From: an uncultured Holophagales bacterium
GTDB lineage: Bacteria; Acidobacteriota; Thermoanaerobaculia; Multivoradales; UBA5704
NCBI GenBank assembly: GCA_963842525.1
Contig: CAWJGT010000019.1
Location: 32,001 to 96,000, forward strand
DNA length: 64,000 nt
Direction: 5' to 3'
Shown: piece after piece, positions 61,868 through 64,000 of the stretch
How positions within the stretch are numbered: the first letter of the stretch is position 1
How the letters are laid out: each line of letters starts with the position of its first letter
The notes under the pieces: generated by a model
What the model saw: the letters and a program-made list of their open reading frames with translations, nothing else
Database searches by the model: none
Told to the model about the DNA's origin: nothing
Program-made: the position numbers and the translations under genes

Positions 61868-62818
61868 GGGCCGGCCTCGAGCGGCGGCCGGGCCGTCTGC
61901 AGAGAGCGCTCCAGGACGGCCGCGACCTCCGCGGCGAGCTGGACGCGCAGCCCTGGCTCGACGCCCGGGGCCTCCGCGATCCGCTGGGCAAGCCCCTTTA
62001 GCTCTCCGTCGAGGCGTGCCACCGCGATGGCGAGCCCCGCCTGGGCGGCCAGGGCCGCCAGGATCTCCAGGTCCAGCTCGGTGAACGCTGCTCCCGGCGC
62101 CCGGCTGTCGGCATACATCACTCCGATCAGCCGGTCGAGGGTGCGGACCGGCACGCAGAGGAGCGCTCGGATGCCTCCCAGGAGGACGCTCGCCCGCTCG
62201 CCGAGCTCGGCATCCGAGCGGGCGTCCGTGCTCACCACCGGGCTCCCGCTGGCCAGGACGCGCTGCACGGCGCTGCGGCTGATGGCGCGCTCCTCCGCCT
62301 GGAAGTCCTCCCAGGCCAGCCCCGAGCGCGCCGCCACCTCGAGCTTCTCCTGCCGGCCCCGCCAGCAGCAGGAGGCCGCGCTCGGCGTTCGTCAGCTCGA
62401 GCATCGACGCCACCACCCGCGGCAGCAGCTCGTCCAGGCCCACCCCGGGATCGAGGCCGCGCCGCAGCTCCAGAGAGGTGGTCAGCCGCCGCAGCCGCTC
62501 CTCCTCGATCTTCTCGACCGGGAGCGACAGCCGTTCGAAACAGACGATCAGGCCGCCGAAGCTGATCCAGCTCCGCTTTTGGAGGAGATGTCCATCGACC
62601 GGCATGCCGCCGACGAAGGTGCCGTTCTTACTGCCGGCATCCGTGATCGACCAGCCCGGCCCGTCGGACGCGAGGACGGCGTGGCGCCGGGAGACGCGGT
62701 CGTCGTCCAGCACCACGTCGCAGCCCTCATCCCGGCCGACGACCGTCTCCCGGCCGTCCGGCAACAGACACACCCTCGCCGGTCCGGACGGGAAGTGGAC
62801 GGTCAACCGCGCCGGCAT
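61864..62818 (-). CDS. FHA + GAF domain protein (frameshift near 62350)
   Basis: VGRD..VSRRHA..GSKNGT (FHA); NAERGLLL..ISRSAV..IRALLCVP..GVMYADS..FTELD (GAF). Confidence 0.88.
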
Positions 62819-62830
62819 CGTCCCCCCGGA

Positions 62831-63622
62831 TCAGTGGCCGAGCTGGTCCTTCAACACCAGGCTGAAGCGCAACGTCAGGGCGCCTGACTCCAGATACCCG
62901 GCCACATTGTGCCGATCGCCGGCCGCCCGCCATACGTCCGGGATGTCGGTGCCGCTATGCTGCTCGACCACCGCGAGGAAGCCGTCGACCTCCTCGATGG
63001 CGTCCTCGATGGCCCCGAGCGCAACATGGGCGCGCACCGCCGCCAGGCGGTCTTCCAGGTCGTCATACACCGACCCGGGCATCGACCCCTCGTAGCCCTC
63101 CAACACCCCGTCCAGCGCGTCGAGCTTGGTCTGGATCACCTGATCCACCGGCCGCAGGTCGACCGCGATGAGGAACTCCGAGAATCCTCCCTTCATGCCG
63201 CGGGCCCGATAGCTGCCGGACCCCATGTTGGCGGTGATGTCGCTGAAAGACCCGCCGAGAGGAGCGGCAAAGATCCGCAAAGGAGTGGTGGGGGCGTACG
63301 GGAGGAGATGCGTGTGGATGTCGAAGCTCGCGACGCCGCGGAACGACAGGCCACCCCACGCCGGAGGCTCGATGCGCAGGATCACCGGCAAGGCGGCGAT
63401 CCCCGTGCCCGCGGGGAGGCGTGCCCGGAAGGCGGGATCGAGGGGGTTGGCCAATCGGGCCGAGATTCCGAGGCTCAAGAAGTCGAGCCCCGTCACGTTC
63501 TCGAAGCTCAGGCTGAGCTCCGTGGCGAGGCCCGGCAGCGAAACGTTGACGCTGCCCGGCGCGCCCGCGGCGGGCAGAGCCGCCGCCAGGACGAGGACCA
63601 GATAAGAGAGGATCCTTTTCAT
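62831..63622 (-). CDS. Secreted protein (resembles DUF6689-type family, unverified)
   Basis: GGAGG RBS; signal peptide; GSYRARG..GGFSEFLI..D.R; C-terminal helical bundle IPDVWRA..NVAG.L. Confidence 0.7.
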   Translation of the reverse strand: MKRILSYLVLVLAAALPAAGAPGSVNVSLPGLATELSLSFENVTGLDFLSLGISARLANPLDPAFRARLPAGTGIAALPVILRIEPPAWGGLSFRGVASFDIHTHLLPYAPTTPLRIFAAPLGGSFSDITANMGSGSYRARGMKGGFSEFLIAVDLRPVDQVIQTKLDALDGVLEGYEGSMPGSVYDDLEDRLAAVRAHVALGAIEDAIEEVDGFLAVVEQHSGTDIPDVWRAAGDRHNVAGYLESGALTLRFSLVLKDQLGH

Positions 63623-63881
63623 GCTCGTCACCTCCGGACAGGAACTGAATTCCAAGACAGTCTTTAAATACTAGACTCCCTCGACTTTCTTGGTAATCCC
63701 TCATCATGCCACAAAGACGCGCTTCCCCCAAGTCCTTCGCGACAGGAGCGCGGATTGGACGATCGGAGACGGGGGGCAATGAAGGGCAGGAGAGCCCGGA
63801 AGGTCGAGGAGGGAAAAAGTGGAGAGCCGTCGCAGGCTCTTACGAGCGGCTCTCGCAGGAGGCATTACTACGCCCGATTCC

Positions 63882-63954
63882 AGGGTAGCCAGCCGGGTCA
63901 GGCGCCGATAGGAGGAGAACCCCTCAGGCGGCGTGGGGGAAATCCCTCAGGGCA
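63882..63954 (-). promoter_or_regulatory. Second copy of the double-palindrome operator plus -10 box TACCCT, upstream of the signalling operon
   Basis: AGGAGGAGAACCCCTCAGGCGGCGTGGGGGAAATCCCTCAGGGCA. Confidence 0.65.
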
Positions 63955-64000
63955 AGCTCGAATGGTCAAACTATCGATGTGGCCACGACGAGCACGACGA

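Noticed and set aside
58394-62818. 1474-aa FHA-kinase fusion ORF
   Set aside because: Artefact of the frameshift near 62350; the GAF half lies in ORF 61864-62337 and the kinase has its own ATG at 61867

Overview
High-GC bacterial chromosomal window. Gene content and protein families suggest Acidobacteriota, possibly Thermoanaerobaculia (inference). Many genes, including essential serS, carry single-base frameshifts, so these are treated as long-read assembly errors. Core genes: cystathionine beta-synthase-like, srkA, ettA, pdxA, hfq-like, ricT/PSP1, purD, pta, rph, serS and tRNA-Ser(TGA). Also present: a glycosylation cluster, a lipid-metabolism cluster, two ELWxxDGT proteins, a type ISP/IIG-like RM gene, Rpn and VapBC modules, and many palindromic REP-like elements. 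Two candidate undescribed systems stand out. (1) 34.9-39.1 kb: two XRE-HTH + TPR regulators, with near-identical TPR cores but divergent HTHs, flank a small secreted peptide with three GCxxDPHG repeats; this resembles RRNPP-type peptide signalling. (2) 56.7-64 kb: an operon of secreted protein, FHA-GAF, membrane Ser/Thr kinase-TPR, sensor-less histidine kinase and NarL regulator, bracketed by two copies of a 45-bp double-palindrome motif, each with a -10 box at the same offset. Family names come from motif recognition, not from database searches.
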